NCBI RefSeq assembly: GCF_964355755.1
Contig: NC_092675.1
Location: 7,683,812-7,747,811, forward strand
DNA from: Antedon mediterranea
Lineage: Eukaryota; Animalia; Echinodermata
Reading direction: 5' to 3'
Length of the DNA stretch: 64,000 bases
Part shown: positions 1-14,340 of the stretch, piece after piece
How the letters are laid out: every line of letters starts with the position of its first letter
Position numbering within the stretch: the first letter of the stretch is position 1
Notes under the pieces: model-generated
Seen by the model: the letters and a program-made list of their open reading frames with translations, nothing else
Told to the model about the DNA's origin: nothing
Database searches by the model: none
Program-made: the position numbers and the translations under genes

Positions 1-186
1 TGCTACATACTGCCACAGGGACATCTTTGTGGATGCTACATACTGCCACAGGGACATCTTTGTGGATGCTACATACTGCGACAAGTACATCTTTGTGGAT
101 GCTACATACTGCCACAGGTACATCTTTGTGGATGCTACATACTGCCACAGGGACATCTTTGTGGATGCTACATACTGCCACATGGA
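1..186. repeat. 33-bp minisatellite (unit ggatgctacatactgccacagggacatctttgt), about 5.5 copies visible, cut by the window edge
   Basis: Direct tandem repeat. It explains the 11-aa periodic ORF 29..211 (DATYCHRDIFV). Confidence 0.95.
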
Positions 187-982
187 CACACTACTAAAAG
201 CTTACGGTTGAGGGAAATTAAAGTCAGTGATGTAATTGAAGTAGTTGTAGTTTAAATAGTAAAGTTAATCTGCAAGTACTGTAGCATTGTTACATAAAAA
301 ACGCATTTCTGCTGCAACTTTCTTCCCAAATAGTCCATGTTTTGTAGCCCAAAAATATTAAGGGATATGTGGTTTATCAAGCAATCAAAGGTAGCTGGTT
401 ATTGGAATTTTCCAAAAATGTGTAATTCATATATTACTAATTAAAAGTATGTATTGCTTCGCATCAAGCTACGCTAGGTTAAGCCTACTTCTTTATTAGA
501 TTGTACAAACATTTTTTGGCCAAGAAACTGGAGTTGATTCACATATTTTTCTGCATTTATTCTACTGTAGGTGAAATTTGACTCGAACAAACTTTAGCTA
601 GTTGAGTTCTTGCAAAAATTACATCTACGCACAGCATGATACTACTTAATTGAAAATTTTATTGGCTTGCAAAGGATATTAACTTTCAAATGAGGCATGA
701 CAAAATAAATATAAGATTTGCATCCATAGGGCCTGTTTCTGCATTATGCAGAATAACCATTCATTTGAGAATAGATTAAAATAAAATTGATATACATACT
801 ACTTACTTACATGTACTTTTGGTATATTATTTGTGCTCCAAAAAAAAATCCCAAAATATAATGTGCAGGTAGTGATCAAATAGTATAGATGCTATGGTAT
901 AGAACTAGAGTTCTACAGTTATTTTGTACTGCAACTAAAAAAGTTGCAGAGCAAAAAAATTAGTTAAATGATGTTGCAACGA

Positions 983-3900
983 TAGTCCAGTCAATCTAGC
1001 AAATATAAGGGGGTGACCCACCACTAATTGCAAAAGAATTTATTTCACTGCAGTGCATTTCAGCATGGCTCCCTAATCAACATACTAAAAGTCCCCAAAA
1101 ATCTAAGCATGGGAAATTTGCTAATTTGCATAATATGCAAATTAGCTTCCGCCATTAGAAAAAAATCAAAATATTGCCATAACTTTGGATTGGACTGTCC
1201 AATTGAAACAAATTAAGTGTTCAAAGGTATGTTGTCATGGTCAGTGAACAAGATAAACATACTTTTAAATTAATTATTTGATTCTAATTTGCATAATATG
1301 CAAATTAGTTATTGAAATTGTGTAAAACAGATCAGAATTATGCTAAAACTTTAGTTTGGATGGTCTGATTTAAACAATTAAATGTTCAGAAGTATTAATG
1401 ACCAATTACCATGATAGCCATACTTTTATTTCAATTCAGTATAATGCATATAATTTACATAATATGCAAATTAGCTCATAAATAGAAGTACCTTTATTCT
1501 GGGTATAAACATTAGACTGGAAGCACCTAACTAAATAAGCAAGTACCGGTAAGGTTTTGGCAGAAAATATAAATGAACTAGAAGTCATATATCAGAAAGT
1601 CAGCAAAAGTATTCATAATATATAAACAAGACAGTCATACCCTTAATCAAATTACAGTTTATGAATATTTACAAAATATGCAAATTACCAATAGACTGGA
1701 TACACAAATACACAACAAACAAGTGGGGTTTTCCTGAATACATGAACCATATAAAAAAGTCATCACATCTATGTGTGAATATTGTACATCATGAATTTCA
1801 GGTTTTACCATACACTGCATCCAGATTGTTAGGAATCAGTTATAAAAATCATTTTGGAACATTTCATAGAATGATGGGACTCATTGCCACTTTTACACCA
1901 GAAAAATGTCTACATAAACCTGTACCTAGAATGTCAGTTACAACATCATCAAAGTAGGCAGGATTAACATCAAAACTTTCAAATCCCAGCACACAGGACT
2001 TCAATCAATGGAAGTGTATGATTCAACGTATCATGTTGATCTTCTGTGGGACGTGGTATTTGCTCTTCGCCCCAAAATGCCTGGGTGGTCAGGTCTAATG
2101 CAGGCCGTAAATCATGGTAATTATCCTGGAAAATCATTGATGCGATTCCTGCTCATGATAGATTTAAATCCATCTGACATGTCATGTATCTTCTCCACAC
2201 TCTCGTATGTTTGTGAACAAGCTAAGGCATACAATGTCACACTCGTTATTACATTTGATCAACCACTTTGGTGGAAAGCCATGATGATCATCGAATCAGA
2301 GCCAGATTGCAGTTATCTGAAGTCTATTGTCCTGAGACTAGAGGGCTTACATATGGAAATGAGCTTCTTGGGCTGCATTGGTTATATTATGGCAGGAAGT
2401 GGTCTACAAGTGATCCTTGAAGTAGCATATGCAGGAAATGCCGTCAAGCATATGCTGAGTGGAAAAGCAATCTCCAGAGCAGTCCGAGGACATCTCTTGG
2501 TTGATGCTGCCTTACATACCATATTACTAGCTAATGCATATAATCTTCCTATATCCCCTTTTCAACCTGATCAACTACAACACAATCGAGACACAGAAAC
2601 AACCTGTGAGAACGATCAAACAACAGAACATTCAGAAGAAATGGAAATAGAAGTTGATGCTGAAACACACGGCCAGATCAAGATTTGCTCGAAGCCAGTA
2701 AGATTTTGGATAATCTAATAAATGATCCCGACGCTCATATTGACCTTTCCTCTTCAGATGTCCTTACAAGAATTACTCATAGATTGAAAGACGAGCGGAA
2801 CTTACTTAGTGATAAAAGGACTGCCCAACTCTGGTTGCAATATTTGGACATGGTTGCTGTTTTTAAAAAATTCATAAAAGCTGAACGTGGGAATTGGACT
2901 TTACATCTTTCAGCAGTAAAGGATATGTTACCTTTTTCTGCTGCGGCTGGGCATAACCTGTACACAAAATCTGCGTATCTGTACTTGCAAAAAATGTACC
3001 AACTCGAAAAGACTCACCCCAATGTCTACACCAACTTCATAAATGGTTTTCATGTGATTAGAAGAAGTGATCGGTACTGGGCAGGACTATCTACCGATCT
3101 TATTATTGAGCAAGTCCTAATGAGAAGTGTCAAAACAAGTGGTGGGTTAACGAGAGGTAGAGGCATGACAGAAGTTCATCGGTTGACCTGGGTACTGGGA
3201 ATGCCTTCTTGTGCCGAGGTAAACTTTGCAATGCAAGAGCTCACCAGTGTTAACTACAACACTAGGGAGCAACACAAAGACACATCACAATCTCGTCAAA
3301 AGAGACACAGAAGATACTTAAAACTAATCGAAGCATTCAAGGAGTGGGGTCCATTTGGTAGTGAGTCATCACTGCGTAGCATAGTAAGTGGTGTTGCTGC
3401 TACTGACAATGTAAATGTGGGCCAGTGTATACTTGAATCGATGGTTGGAAAGAACATTGATGAGTTCTCTTTCCAAAGAAAAAAAACAAGCAGTCACACT
3501 TGGATCCAAAACAGCTGTTGTCATTTGCGGAGATCCAGTCCAAGTTGATCCACAATTACTCTTTCAGCGATTAAGTGTTATCGCAACACGTGAAGAGGTG
3601 GGAGATCCCGCAAATTTATTTAAATATGAATTTTGCAGTCATCCAACTGCATTATTCGATAATGTTGGGCTTCCAAGGGAGGCAAATAAGGCGACACTAG
3701 CCGATGCCCTTTGGGAGATTGTAAAGCAGGATCAGACAGACCCCCCCCCCCCCCCCCCCTTAATGATCCACATTATGTGCTTGATTGTGGTGCCCTCTTG
3801 CAACGTTTATCATGGTCAAGAGGTCAAACATTTGACACTATTTGTCATAAATATGTATCATATGTGACAAGTCGGTATGGAATTCCAACTATTGTATTTG

Positions 3901-5573
3901 ATGGTTATGAAGATGGACCTGCAATCAAAGATGCTACACACTGCAGACGTACAGGCAGTTCCAAGGGACCAAATTTTTTGTTTACAGGAGAGACTTTGCT
4001 AATTAAGAAGAAAAATGAATTTCTGACCAACAAAGTAAACAAGCAACGATTTCTTCATTTGCTGAGTTTACATCTTGAAAAGGCAGGTTATACAACAATT
4101 CATGCCAAAGGAGATGCAGATATCCTAATTGTCAAGACAGCAGTTGAGTCAGCAAGGGAGTTCTTGTTGGTGACGATCTGATTTGCTAATCCTGCTTTGC
4201 TATCATGGAGATACAATTGAGAAGGACCTCTTTTATACCAGAAATAAAGACCAACACCAAAAAGCACAAGGTATGGAACATACAGAAAACAGTGATGATC
4301 TTGGGGAATAAATTATGTTCCAGACTTTTCTTTGTGCATGCTTTACTTGGATGCGACACAACGTCGAGAGTATTTGGTATAGATCGGAAATGTAGCACTG
4401 AAGCAAGTCCAGAACAGTGTTGATTTCCAGCAATTTTCTGACCTGGTTACTAAAGAGGGTGCGACAAAGAAAGATATAATTGCAGCAGGAGAAGACTCTC
4501 TGATTCATCTCTATAAGGGCAAGTATGGTGAAAGTATATACGTTCTACGGTACAAGCGATTCTGTGAGAAGGTGGCAAAGAGTAGCACATGTGTTGAACC
4601 ACAGACATTGCCTTTGTAATCTGCAGCTACACAATACCATAGTCTGCGAGTATATTTTCAGATACAAACATGGAAAGAAACTGCTGCACAAATGAAAGCA
4701 GAAGAATTGAGATGGAAGGTAACTAATGGACAACTGCTGCCACACACATCTCCCGGCTGCACCTGAAAAGTTGATCAAGATAAATCAGATGTAACTGCAA
4801 AACTGGTTGCAGTACTAGCAGATGCACTTGTAAACTATATTCAATTAGTTGTACATGGATATGTGGGGTGTGCAAAGGTTCCAGTTGCACAAACTCTTCT
4901 TCAGTAGATATAGATGATCTCAGTGATAATGATTGATATGCTTTACAACATTTGAAATTCCAGAATCATAAAGTGCTTTATTTATTCCCGATTATTTTTA
5001 AACAGGTAAAATCAAGAACAATATTACAGTTTAGATGATCCGAATTTGCCTGAATTATATGCAAATTTGATTTAAATTTTAAAATCAAGGTGGTTCTTTA
5101 GACATTGTTTTATTGAATCCAAATTTAAGATTCTCGTTGCGTGATTACTGTATGAAGGAGCTAATTACAAATTATACATAATCCTATTAATGTTATTAAT
5201 ATGCATATTTTCATTTCGAAAATTCACTATTAAAACAAAAATACGACATTTGGAATGTTAATTTTGAATAATATGCAAATTTATTCTAATTTATTCCTAA
5301 AGCGTGTTTAATCTTTCTATTGACCATGAAAATGTGAGTTTTACTGCTTAGTTTGATTGAATTGCAGCATTTTATGCACATTTATAAAGAAAATAGATTA
5401 ATTCATCATGAAAAAAGGCTAATTTGCATATTATGCAAATTAGACAAATTTCCCATGTTGGGATTTTGGGGGACTTTTAGTATAGTGTTTAGGGGACCAT
5501 ACTAAAATGTATTGTAGTAAAAAAAATTCTTTTGCAATTAGTGGTGGGTGAAGGTACTATTTTGACTGGACTA
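983..5573 (+). mobile_element. Academ (AcademX-type) DNA transposon, decayed and probably internally deleted
   Basis: Termini TAGTCCAGTCAA (983) and TTGACTGGACTA (5562-5573). Imperfect TIRs of about 160 bp (983-1146 vs ~5417-5573). 3-bp TSD CGA at 980-982 and 5574-5576. TAG...CTA ends, a 3-4 bp TSD and the internal transposase+XPG+Cys-finger protein match Academ. Confidence 0.85.
2008..4936 (+). pseudogene. Frameshifted Academ transposase with XPG/FEN1-like nuclease motifs and a C-terminal Cys-rich finger
   Basis: Overlapping ORF pieces 2008-2718, 2685-3548, 3415-3867, 3711-4181 and 4205-4423 carry TFDQPLWWKA, LRLEGLH, AAGHNLY, DLIIEQ..KTSGGL, VFDGY, DADILIV and HALLGCDTTS. From 4790 the sequence reads CNCKTGCSTSRCTCKLYSISCTWICGVCKGSSC, with TGA at 4934-4936. 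Several frameshifts, one at the poly-C tract ~3741-3759. Confidence 0.85.
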
Positions 5574-5684
5574 CGACCAATTGTAACAGTTACTTAGAGA
5601 AGCCATTATACCAGGTTAAGCCAACAAAAATAGTACCTAAAAAACTTTTAAAAAAAATAGAAATCTACTAGAAAAAAAAACAAT

Positions 5685-6182
5685 AGGGAGTTTTCGCAAC
5701 CTTACGATAACGAAAACGGATACGTCACACATTTGTGAAACTTTTGAGCTGATCCCTAATTTCATATTCGTAAAGCGTATTCGTGTTGACGAATATCACC
5801 AGTCATATTCGTAACTACAAAACGAGTATAGTTTTTGATCTATTTTGCACATTTTGCATTTGAATCAAGAATGATTCAGGATTATAATATAATTATGTAT
5901 TTAATGAAAGTAATTTACTAAAGTAATTTACTAAAATGCCAGGCCAATTTTGATAAATAGCAGTTTTTAAAGTCCTCACTCGCTTTGATGTTATGCTAGG
6001 CAGCCAACCACCAAGCAACATGTACATGCGCTTTGCTCAAATTTACCGCAGTCATATTTTGGACGGCGCCCTCAATATTTCGTTGCCATGCGAAACAGAT
6101 TTTTACTGGCTTACAAAAACGAATACCTGTGCGTGACGTATCCGTTTTCGTTATCGTATTCGTAAGATTGCGAAACCTCTCT
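5685..6182. mobile_element. Non-autonomous TIR element (MITE), apparent AT TSD, possibly ISL2EU/Harbinger-related
   Basis: Left agggagttttcgcaaccttacgataacgaaaacggatacgtcac is inverted at right as gtgacgtatccgttttcgttatcgt..aagattgcgaaacctctct. Flanked by AT on both sides. Superfamily is an inference. Confidence 0.75.
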
Positions 6183-6783
6183 ATTATCATAGTTCTTTCT
6201 TCTATGGATGTCATGTATGTATTCAAACCTCAATGTGATAATAATAATTGCACTGAAAGATGAAATATGCAATACATTTTGAACGCAAAGAAATTTACAG
6301 TCAAATGAGTATACATGTTTAAAGTGGAGGTCAGACTTATAGTTTGCAATCAATACATACTTGTGCAAAAAAAACAGCCAATACATTGGAAGATTAAGAA
6401 TAAATCAAATATATGTAACTGATGTTGATTGGCTAGGGAAACAAACTGCACAGTAATAATTTTTCAATGTAAATTTTTATAATTTTTTTACATTTTGGTT
6501 GGGATCATCTTTTTTCACATGTGTTTACTTAAAAATCATAGTGGACGCTATTGATTTCTTCTTTTTTCTGTGTGTTTTTTGTTAATTCCATTTCTTTTAT
6601 GGTAGTTTAATTGTCAAAAAGCAATAAATATTTTACATTTTCAGTTCACATTGCAATTTATTATATGTATTTTTTAAACTAACTGAAATTCATCAAATCC
6701 ATCTACAGTACAAGGTGGTAATCTTCACAAAACTCTAGTACTGTACATGTTTTAAAGATTGTTTTTAGTACAGTAGCTCTTTA

Positions 6784-6944
6784 AGCCGATTTTCCACTAG
6801 GCGAAAATTTGTTCGCGCGAATCGAAGGCGTCAGCTAATACGCATGCGTAGAGAAGAATTTGGAAGACGTAAACATGAATACACATGCGTACAAGCTGGC
6901 GCGTTCGATTCGCGCAAACAAATTCGCCTAGTGGAAAATAGGCT
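6784..6944. mobile_element. Palindromic MITE family A (PIF/Harbinger-like, TTA TSD)
   Basis: agccgattttccactaggcgaa...ttcgcctagtggaaaataggct with TTA on both sides. Second copy at 49741-49905. Confidence 0.8.
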
Positions 6945-9366
6945 TTACAGTTGATGTATTTTATAGCACCCTCTCTTGTTTGTCTATCCTTTTATAAATT
7001 CTCCAGATAACTACACTTTATTCTAATTTGGGACCTCCGAAGTTAGAACAGTAGTTTATAAGAGAATTTGAACAGAAACAAATTAAATGGAATTAAAAGT
7101 TTAATATTTCAATTACTACAAATAATTATTTAAGTTTGAATGAATACTGCACTGTATTAGGCATACAATAAAATAATATTTACGGTAACCTTTTTAATGA
7201 ATAAATTACATTTATTATATTGACAATATATTAATTTTTTTTTTCCCTAATCATGTCATACATGCTTTTTCCAATCTATGTAAAAAGAGAGTTTCAAAGC
7301 CAGTTCATTCATCTTGAATATTTTTCCTAACCCGTAGGATGATCACTGACTATTCAAGTAAATCTAAACAAAGCATTCATTATGGGTTTTATACAAGAAA
7401 TGCCAAAACTAATAAAGCACAAATTGCAAGGACAATCCACAGAAAGATAATGCCAATTCAATCCATCTTTGACAAATATTTAGAGAGATATAATATGGAT
7501 CTGGGTAATATAGCAATTCCACAAATTGATTTGGATTTTGTTTTCTTTTAGTACAACAGCAAGGAACAAAGTGAACAGCATAGCTAACCATAGTTGTTAA
7601 TGTTAATATTATACAGCATACAAATAGTACTAAATATAATAGCAATATATTAAATATGAAACTTGGCCTATTATATGGATTTGGGTATCTAGTTTTTTTG
7701 TTTTTTTTTAGTTATTTTTACTTGTTAATTTACTATAGTCTGTATAGTCTTCAGCAATAATTAATCACAATAAATTCAGAATTTAATCAGCAAGAAATAT
7801 AAATTTTGATTCTACAGTGATAAAAACCAATTCCAATTAGGTTTTACTGATGTTTTATTATAATTAAAAAAGAAATTACTTTTAAGATCACGAAAATGTA
7901 AGAGATATAACTTTTAAAATATTAATTAATTTTACAATTATATTCGACTTATAATTATATTTTAATATTGTAAAATTATGTAGGCATGTAAACGTTTCCA
8001 AATGAAATTTATTATTAAAACAATATGAATATTAATATATAAAGAAACAATAAAGTATTCATTATGGAATTTTCTAATAATACTAACACCTAATATAATA
8101 TTTTATACATAAACATTAATAGCCAACATGGAGTCTAGAGTACGTTATATTCAGGGATGTTACAAACCAGGTCATTCATTTTAAGAGTTCATTTCTCAAC
8201 TTAAACATATATATGATCAATTTGCTTTAATATACAAGACTCATTTACATGTTCCAACGAGCACATTGAATATGGCAAGGCTGACGAGACGAGAAAAATT
8301 CTTTAAAAATGGGACAGCACATTCCAATTACGAACGCTAGTTGCATTAATTCTCCATTCCTAACACGATACTCCAGAATATCATTAGAAACATGGCAAAT
8401 AAGTGGAAGAATGAAAATCATATTTAGAATTCCCCATAGGCATGTTATTAAATATGAATAAAAAAATATAGCATTATTCTTATCATACAATACAATAAAT
8501 AAAGTTCAAACAATAAAGTAGTTCACATAAACACATTCTCTTAGAATTTTTTACAAAACAACAGAAAATGTGTAATTATAGAATAAATACATTAAGATAT
8601 TCTGCAAATAATAAAGAATAAAAAGTTAATCCTTCGATTAAAACTAGAAAATTAAATATTCAACTGTTAATATTAGTCAATAACTCCAAAAATGAACAAT
8701 TAAAGTTTGCAAAAAAACAAGAGTGAAGGGATAATAGCTATTGGGTAGGGTACTCAACAGGCAGTCTGCAGACCACAGTAGCATTACTGCTACAAACAAC
8801 AATTTAAACATTTTCCATGAAGCAAAGAACAAATGTTTTTTTAACACTACGGCCAAGAAACCCCACTAATAATTTAACGGTAAGTGGAATGGAAAGGCGC
8901 ATAACTTGATCTGTATCTATCCTGAGCGGGTTTTCCGCTTAACCGCCTGTCTGCTCCGCATTTTGTGTAAATTGTTATAAGGTTTTCATTCTATATTTTT
9001 GTTTTCTGCTTACCGATTTCACTTTTCTGTTTGTTACGGTCTTTGGCCTATAAGGAGAAATTTTGTTGGGTCCCAAAGGTGTTTTACTGTAAAAATATAA
9101 TATACCCTATAAAATGACTTGATTACTGTATTTTGGTTTTTCTTTAAACCCCCTGTACTACACCTAGACAGTTAAGACCACACTAGAAAAATTGAAAATC
9201 TTCCACTTCCTCAATTAAAACAATGTATGAGGCCAAAGAAGAATCATCATATGCTCTTTAAGGCATCCTGTAATTGGCGATATATAAAAAAATTGTGCCT
9301 GTATGTTCATTCTGTACTCATACAAATGTATAATTCATACTGCGAGCAGTGAAATAAACACCATCA

Positions 9367-9482
9367 TGTTAGGATTCAATATTTCGACATTAATTATGTC
9401 ATTATTAGGAATGAATTCGTTTTAATGTCATCATCAGGAATTTGTTGATGATGACATAATGTTGAAATATTGAATCCTAACA
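9367..9482. repeat. Foldback/inverted repeat, probable MITE remnant
   Basis: tgttaggattcaatatttcgacatta is inverted as taatgttgaaatattgaatcctaaca. Confidence 0.6.
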
Positions 9483-10089
9483 CAAAATGTATTTAATTGC
9501 TTGGAGTGTATGCTTCATACATAACATTAAAGTGCTTTAAAACATGTTTACCATAGTATGAACACATTATATGTGTAATCATTTCTGTATCTTTTGGTTT
9601 GGTGATACTTCTGGACTATCATGGTAACTCTATGTCCACATTGATAAAGTTTTGGCATGCGCATTAGCGTATGACGCTGATAGCATGGTCAACGTATAAA
9701 CTGCAGCAAAAAAGAAGAGAGGGTGTTCAAACACAAGGCAACACTTATCGTTATGATGACATTTCAGGACACTTCTTGTTACTAATTACAGGATATATTC
9801 TGATTGGATAGAAAGCTAAATTAGTACGTCTTATACTAAAACGGTACGGTACAGGGTCTTACGTTAAAACACTACTGTACAGATACAATTTTTCAGTGTC
9901 ATCATAAGCTAAAACAATGTAACTCCAGCCATGTGAACAGGGCCTATAAGGCTAGAAATTTGTGGCCAATGATTTATTTTATTAATTTTTTTTAATTTTA
10001 TGTCTTAATAGGCAATGTGGAAATAATGTGGATTACCAATAGTGAATTTATCACTGTCCTATCAGATATGTGGTAATCCCCTGATACAG

Positions 10090-10322
10090 GGCCTATTTTG
10101 TGAACCAGTTCACTAGGTATAACCCTCTACTCCTTTCGAATAATGAACTGGGTTCTTTAAAGTGCACACAGGTTACTGTGTACACTGAACCTACGGTTTA
10201 TAGTCCTTATCCGAGAAGACTTGTTCCACCACCAGAACTAGGAGCGAGTCGGCTTAAACCCTTGCCGATATTGTTGGCACTTAGGTACGGTAAATGGCAC
10301 CCCTGCCTTAACCGCTCGGCTA
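10090..10322 (-). mobile_element. tRNA-derived SINE with a Deu/Nin-like central domain
   Basis: Minus strand begins tagccgagcggttaaggc (A-box like), then ttctcggataaggactataaaccgtagg...gtgcactttaaagaacccagttcattattcgaaaggagtagaggg, which resembles the Deu/Nin SINE domain as I recall it. 3' end approximate. Confidence 0.65.
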
Positions 10323-11125
10323 ATTTACTCGCTGATTTATGTGTAAGTAAGCAATTTACTATTGCCCCATTATGAATCCCAATTTTAAACATTCAAAGGA
10401 GTAAAGACAGAAAGGTAAACCAAGGTAATACAGATAAGTTAAAGTTGCAGAAGATGCTTTTGTTATTTGTGATCTTTTCAGCCCTATTCCAAACACTTAG
10501 ATATTTAGACACTTTAGATATTCTATCTTATTTATCACTGGAGAATCTTCTAATTACCAAGGTGATTACGGTACTAAATGTTACAATAGCAATTTTCCAT
10601 TAAAAAAAGGGTTTTAGACAGGCCAATTTGTATGCGTTCAGCAATTCGTATCTATACTGTACACATGATAAATTCAGGCCATTGCGAGATGGTATCAACA
10701 TTATTTATTAGCTTTGTTTCTGAATTCAAATCAACAATTTGCATCACTTGATCAGTCTTCTCTGAAGGAGATGATGATTATCTGTAGATGGATAGTTTGA
10801 TTGAATTTCTTGAGAGATTAGAAAGAAGTTCATGAAGAATCTCAAAGGACTTAATTAAGTGAAAATCAAATATCTAATTGATGAACCTTGAGTCCGACCT
10901 TAGACACACATCACTTGAAAAGTATCAATGAAATTAATCCAGATATAATCTGCAATGTTATATCATAACAATGGTAAAGATTGAAATCATGAAGCAAATT
11001 TATTCTTAATTTCTTTGATAAATGTGTATATAAAAGTTTATAAAGAAGAAAGTGTGAAGTTGGAAAGTAGGTTGCCTTGGACCGTCGCATTATAAAGCAA
11101 GCTGGTGTGATGTAAGAAAGTCTAT

Positions 11126-11779
11126 GACCCCATTTACACTTACGTTTGGGTCCAGGGCCGGTCCTGGGCCGGTTGCAAATATTTATCTTTTAGGCCGGCC
11201 CCAGAGCGTTTACACTAGCGACGCAGATTACTGGTCGTAAATAATTTTATCGGAAGTACCATTGCATGCTGGGATACAAAGTACAGTTTGTTTACATTTT
11301 TTCTCTCTCGATCGTCAATTCAACTCTCCGCGCGAACCGACTGTTTTATATTTATACTGTATTGTTGTTTTTTTGTCCCATTAAAAACAAAATGAACCCC
11401 ACTGTTTTATATATAATATGGCTGTATTTTATGTATATGCGAAACAAGCGGAGGAATACTTTATTGAAAGAAGATGTCTGAAAATAAATTTAACTATATA
11501 AATGATGAAGAAAACAAATTGTCGCCCGAAAAGGAGGAAGGTATGTACTGAAAATGTCAGATCGTCATAACAACAACCTCATAAAAAGGTCAAACGTTGT
11601 TCACGGTTCACTGCGTAAGCCGGCCCAAACGTAAAAGCCGCTCCTGAACCTACCTGGAGAGGTGGCCCAGATCTGCGTCCGGCCCAGGGCCGGCCTAACT
11701 TTTTGGAGTATTTACACTTATCAATTGCCGACCCAGGGCCGACCCAGGGCCGGCCTAAATCGTAAGTGTAAATGGGGTC
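11126..11779. mobile_element. MITE with GACCCCATTTACACTTACG TIRs and 3-bp TAT TSD (Harbinger-like)
   Basis: TIRs at 11126-11144 and 11761-11779, TAT at 11123-11125 and 11780-11782, GC-rich subterminal cagggccg repeats. Confidence 0.85.
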
Positions 11780-14229
11780 TATGACCTGCCAGTACCAGTT
11801 TGTGTCACTGTGTAAGATACCTTTTCTGTGATTGCCTCATCCTTCAGATGTTAAGCTGTTGGTCCTGTCACTAAACTAGCAGGGATATTGTCTGCATCAT
11901 CTATTAGGCATAGTATTCTTTTGAAGGATTCCTGTATCTGGAGTCACAGGTTTCCCTCCAGAGGACTCCATATGAACATTATTCCTCCTTCACCATCATT
12001 AGTGACACCTCTTGACATAATTGTTGTAACATTAAACAGGCTAAACTTAACTTGCCATTGCCAATGATATTGCATAGTTAGTAAGAAAATCTAGGAAATA
12101 TTTCTAATTTACAATTTAGAGTCTCAAAATTCCCAAAGGAACATCGGTTTAAGAACGGTTCTTGCCCATTGAGAAAGGAATCAATTGGCCTAGTCTTTGT
12201 AATCGTTTTGTAAGATTTTTTTTTTGTTAAACCATTTTCACCGACAAAACTAAACAGTTCTTTTGGCAATTGAAACCAAAATCAATTGGTGTCTACCTTT
12301 TTCAAAATCGGTTCTTTTTTTTTTTAGTGGAACCAATTTCGTTAGAAAGACAAAACAATTTTTTTTGCAATCAATACCAGAATTTTAAATTTTTTTTTTT
12401 TTTTGTGGAATTAATGCAAGAGAAAGTCATTATTGAAAGGAAAACTCTCTTGCTCAATAGAAATGTGACCATAGTCAAAATGGCACTTTTTTCTGCAATT
12501 CTCATATGATAAGCTAAAATCAAGTCCTTTATTTCTAATCCATACAGTAGTAAAATAGAAAAATGTATTCAGAAATCTAAATCTCCAATTATTATATTCA
12601 TTTTTACTCAGAAATGTTTACTGTACAAGTCGACACAAACTGATATTCTTCTAAATACTCAATTTATTTCAGCATTTTATTTCAACCTGTATTTGATCAC
12701 TGTTGAAATTTAAATGAAGCGTAACAAGTAAATTTATTCAGCAACGAAATAAATCTACAATTGCATATCAAAGTAGATGTGTCCATTATACTTCCACAAT
12801 ATAATTGCCATATTCTTGACTATATATCTATAAAACAAGCATACTTGAATATTGATTTTCTAGAAATCGGTTTTTATGTATTTCAGAACAAAATATCTCA
12901 AAAATTGTACATTGATATTTTCTGTTCATGATCTATTACAATATCAAATCATATAGAAATTATTATAATTATATTATGTTTAAAACAATGTTTTTATTTC
13001 AATGTATATACACACACACTGTGCATTATTCTTATGTAATTGTATTACTTTCATAAATTATTATAACTACTGTAAAAATGATCAAATTATTTTAAATAAT
13101 ATAAATCATCTGTTTTAATGCATAAAATATTTTTAATATTAATGTTATGTATGGCTTAGTATTATTTAGTATTGGTAATAGTATTACTATTTTCTTAAAT
13201 AGCTGTTTAAAATATTTTGTAGTACTATAATACAATGTACGTCTTTATTATTAGCTTCTTTAAATATATTTATACATTTTTAAAAATAAAATATTATATA
13301 ATGCTACAATTTATGCGTGCTTAAAATGTTTTGTGTAAAAAATGTTGCCATTACTAATGCTGCTAGATTTAAATAATATTTTTACTACGAATAAAACATG
13401 TCTTTGCATGTCATTATTTGAAATGACATTTTTTGTATAATATTACTGTGCATGCCGTTGAGACTCGTATAAAATAGTATTAATATTTTATAATATTGAA
13501 GGAATGTGAAATGAAACTATAGTTTTCATAAAATAGGTTATAGTAATATTATTTTCATATTTAATTATAGTTTTATTATCTTTGGATCTTAGAAAAACAG
13601 ATTTGGATTATTAGGATTTAGATATGAATCCATATTCAGTTGTAATTCTCATGTCATTTTATAATGGGCCACAATTTCATTGTATAATATTGAACTTTCT
13701 TGGTCCCCAATAAAACGTAATGCAAGAACAAAAATGGACCTCCTCATGTAAGCCACAATTCAGATGGTACATCACTTGAGATAACTGGCAACATTTTGAA
13801 ATGGGTACACTACAACAAGCCACAATTTTATTGTATAATATTGAACACTCTTGGTCCCCAATAAAACGTATAATGTAAGAACAAAAATTTGACCAATCAC
13901 AAGCCATAATTCAGATGGTACATCGCTTTAGATAATAGTTAACTAGCACTGCATGTATGTAGTAATGATCTAAAAATGTATATTAAACTTCATACTGTAG
14001 AATAGCATAGACATTTTTAATAATATACAATGACCATTGAAAACAAGACAAACCAACAGATAGTGTGTATACCATAACTCTATTATGTTTTTGTGATCCA
14101 TTGTCCTTTATTTCCTTGCCTGCAGTTCAGTTTGTTCTTTTGGATTGTTTCTCTTTTTGTCCAAAAGGTCAAACGAAATTTTATGTTTCACATCCAGTAT
14201 TTCTTTTAGACACCTATGAAGTATTGTAA

Positions 14230-14340
14230 CGGTGTGGCGCAGTATGTTGTACTACTGATTATTCTATGCCCGCCGCATTGCTTGTATCCTTAGGCAAGAC
14301 ACTTACGTTTACCCAAGTGTACAAATGGGTACCTGGTATT
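14230..14340 (+). mobile_element. Degenerate tRNA-derived CORE-like SINE fragment
   Basis: gtggcgcagt (A-box like) followed by tgtatccttaggcaagacacttac...tgtacaaatgggtacc, resembling the CORE domain. Confidence 0.5.

Noticed and set aside
29-211. ORF with repeated DATYCHRDIFV
   Set aside because: Translation of a 33-bp minisatellite, with no splice or domain support.
10700-10950. Possible PDE exon on the - strand
   Set aside because: Stops occur in the frames I examined and there is no GAF/PDE motif.
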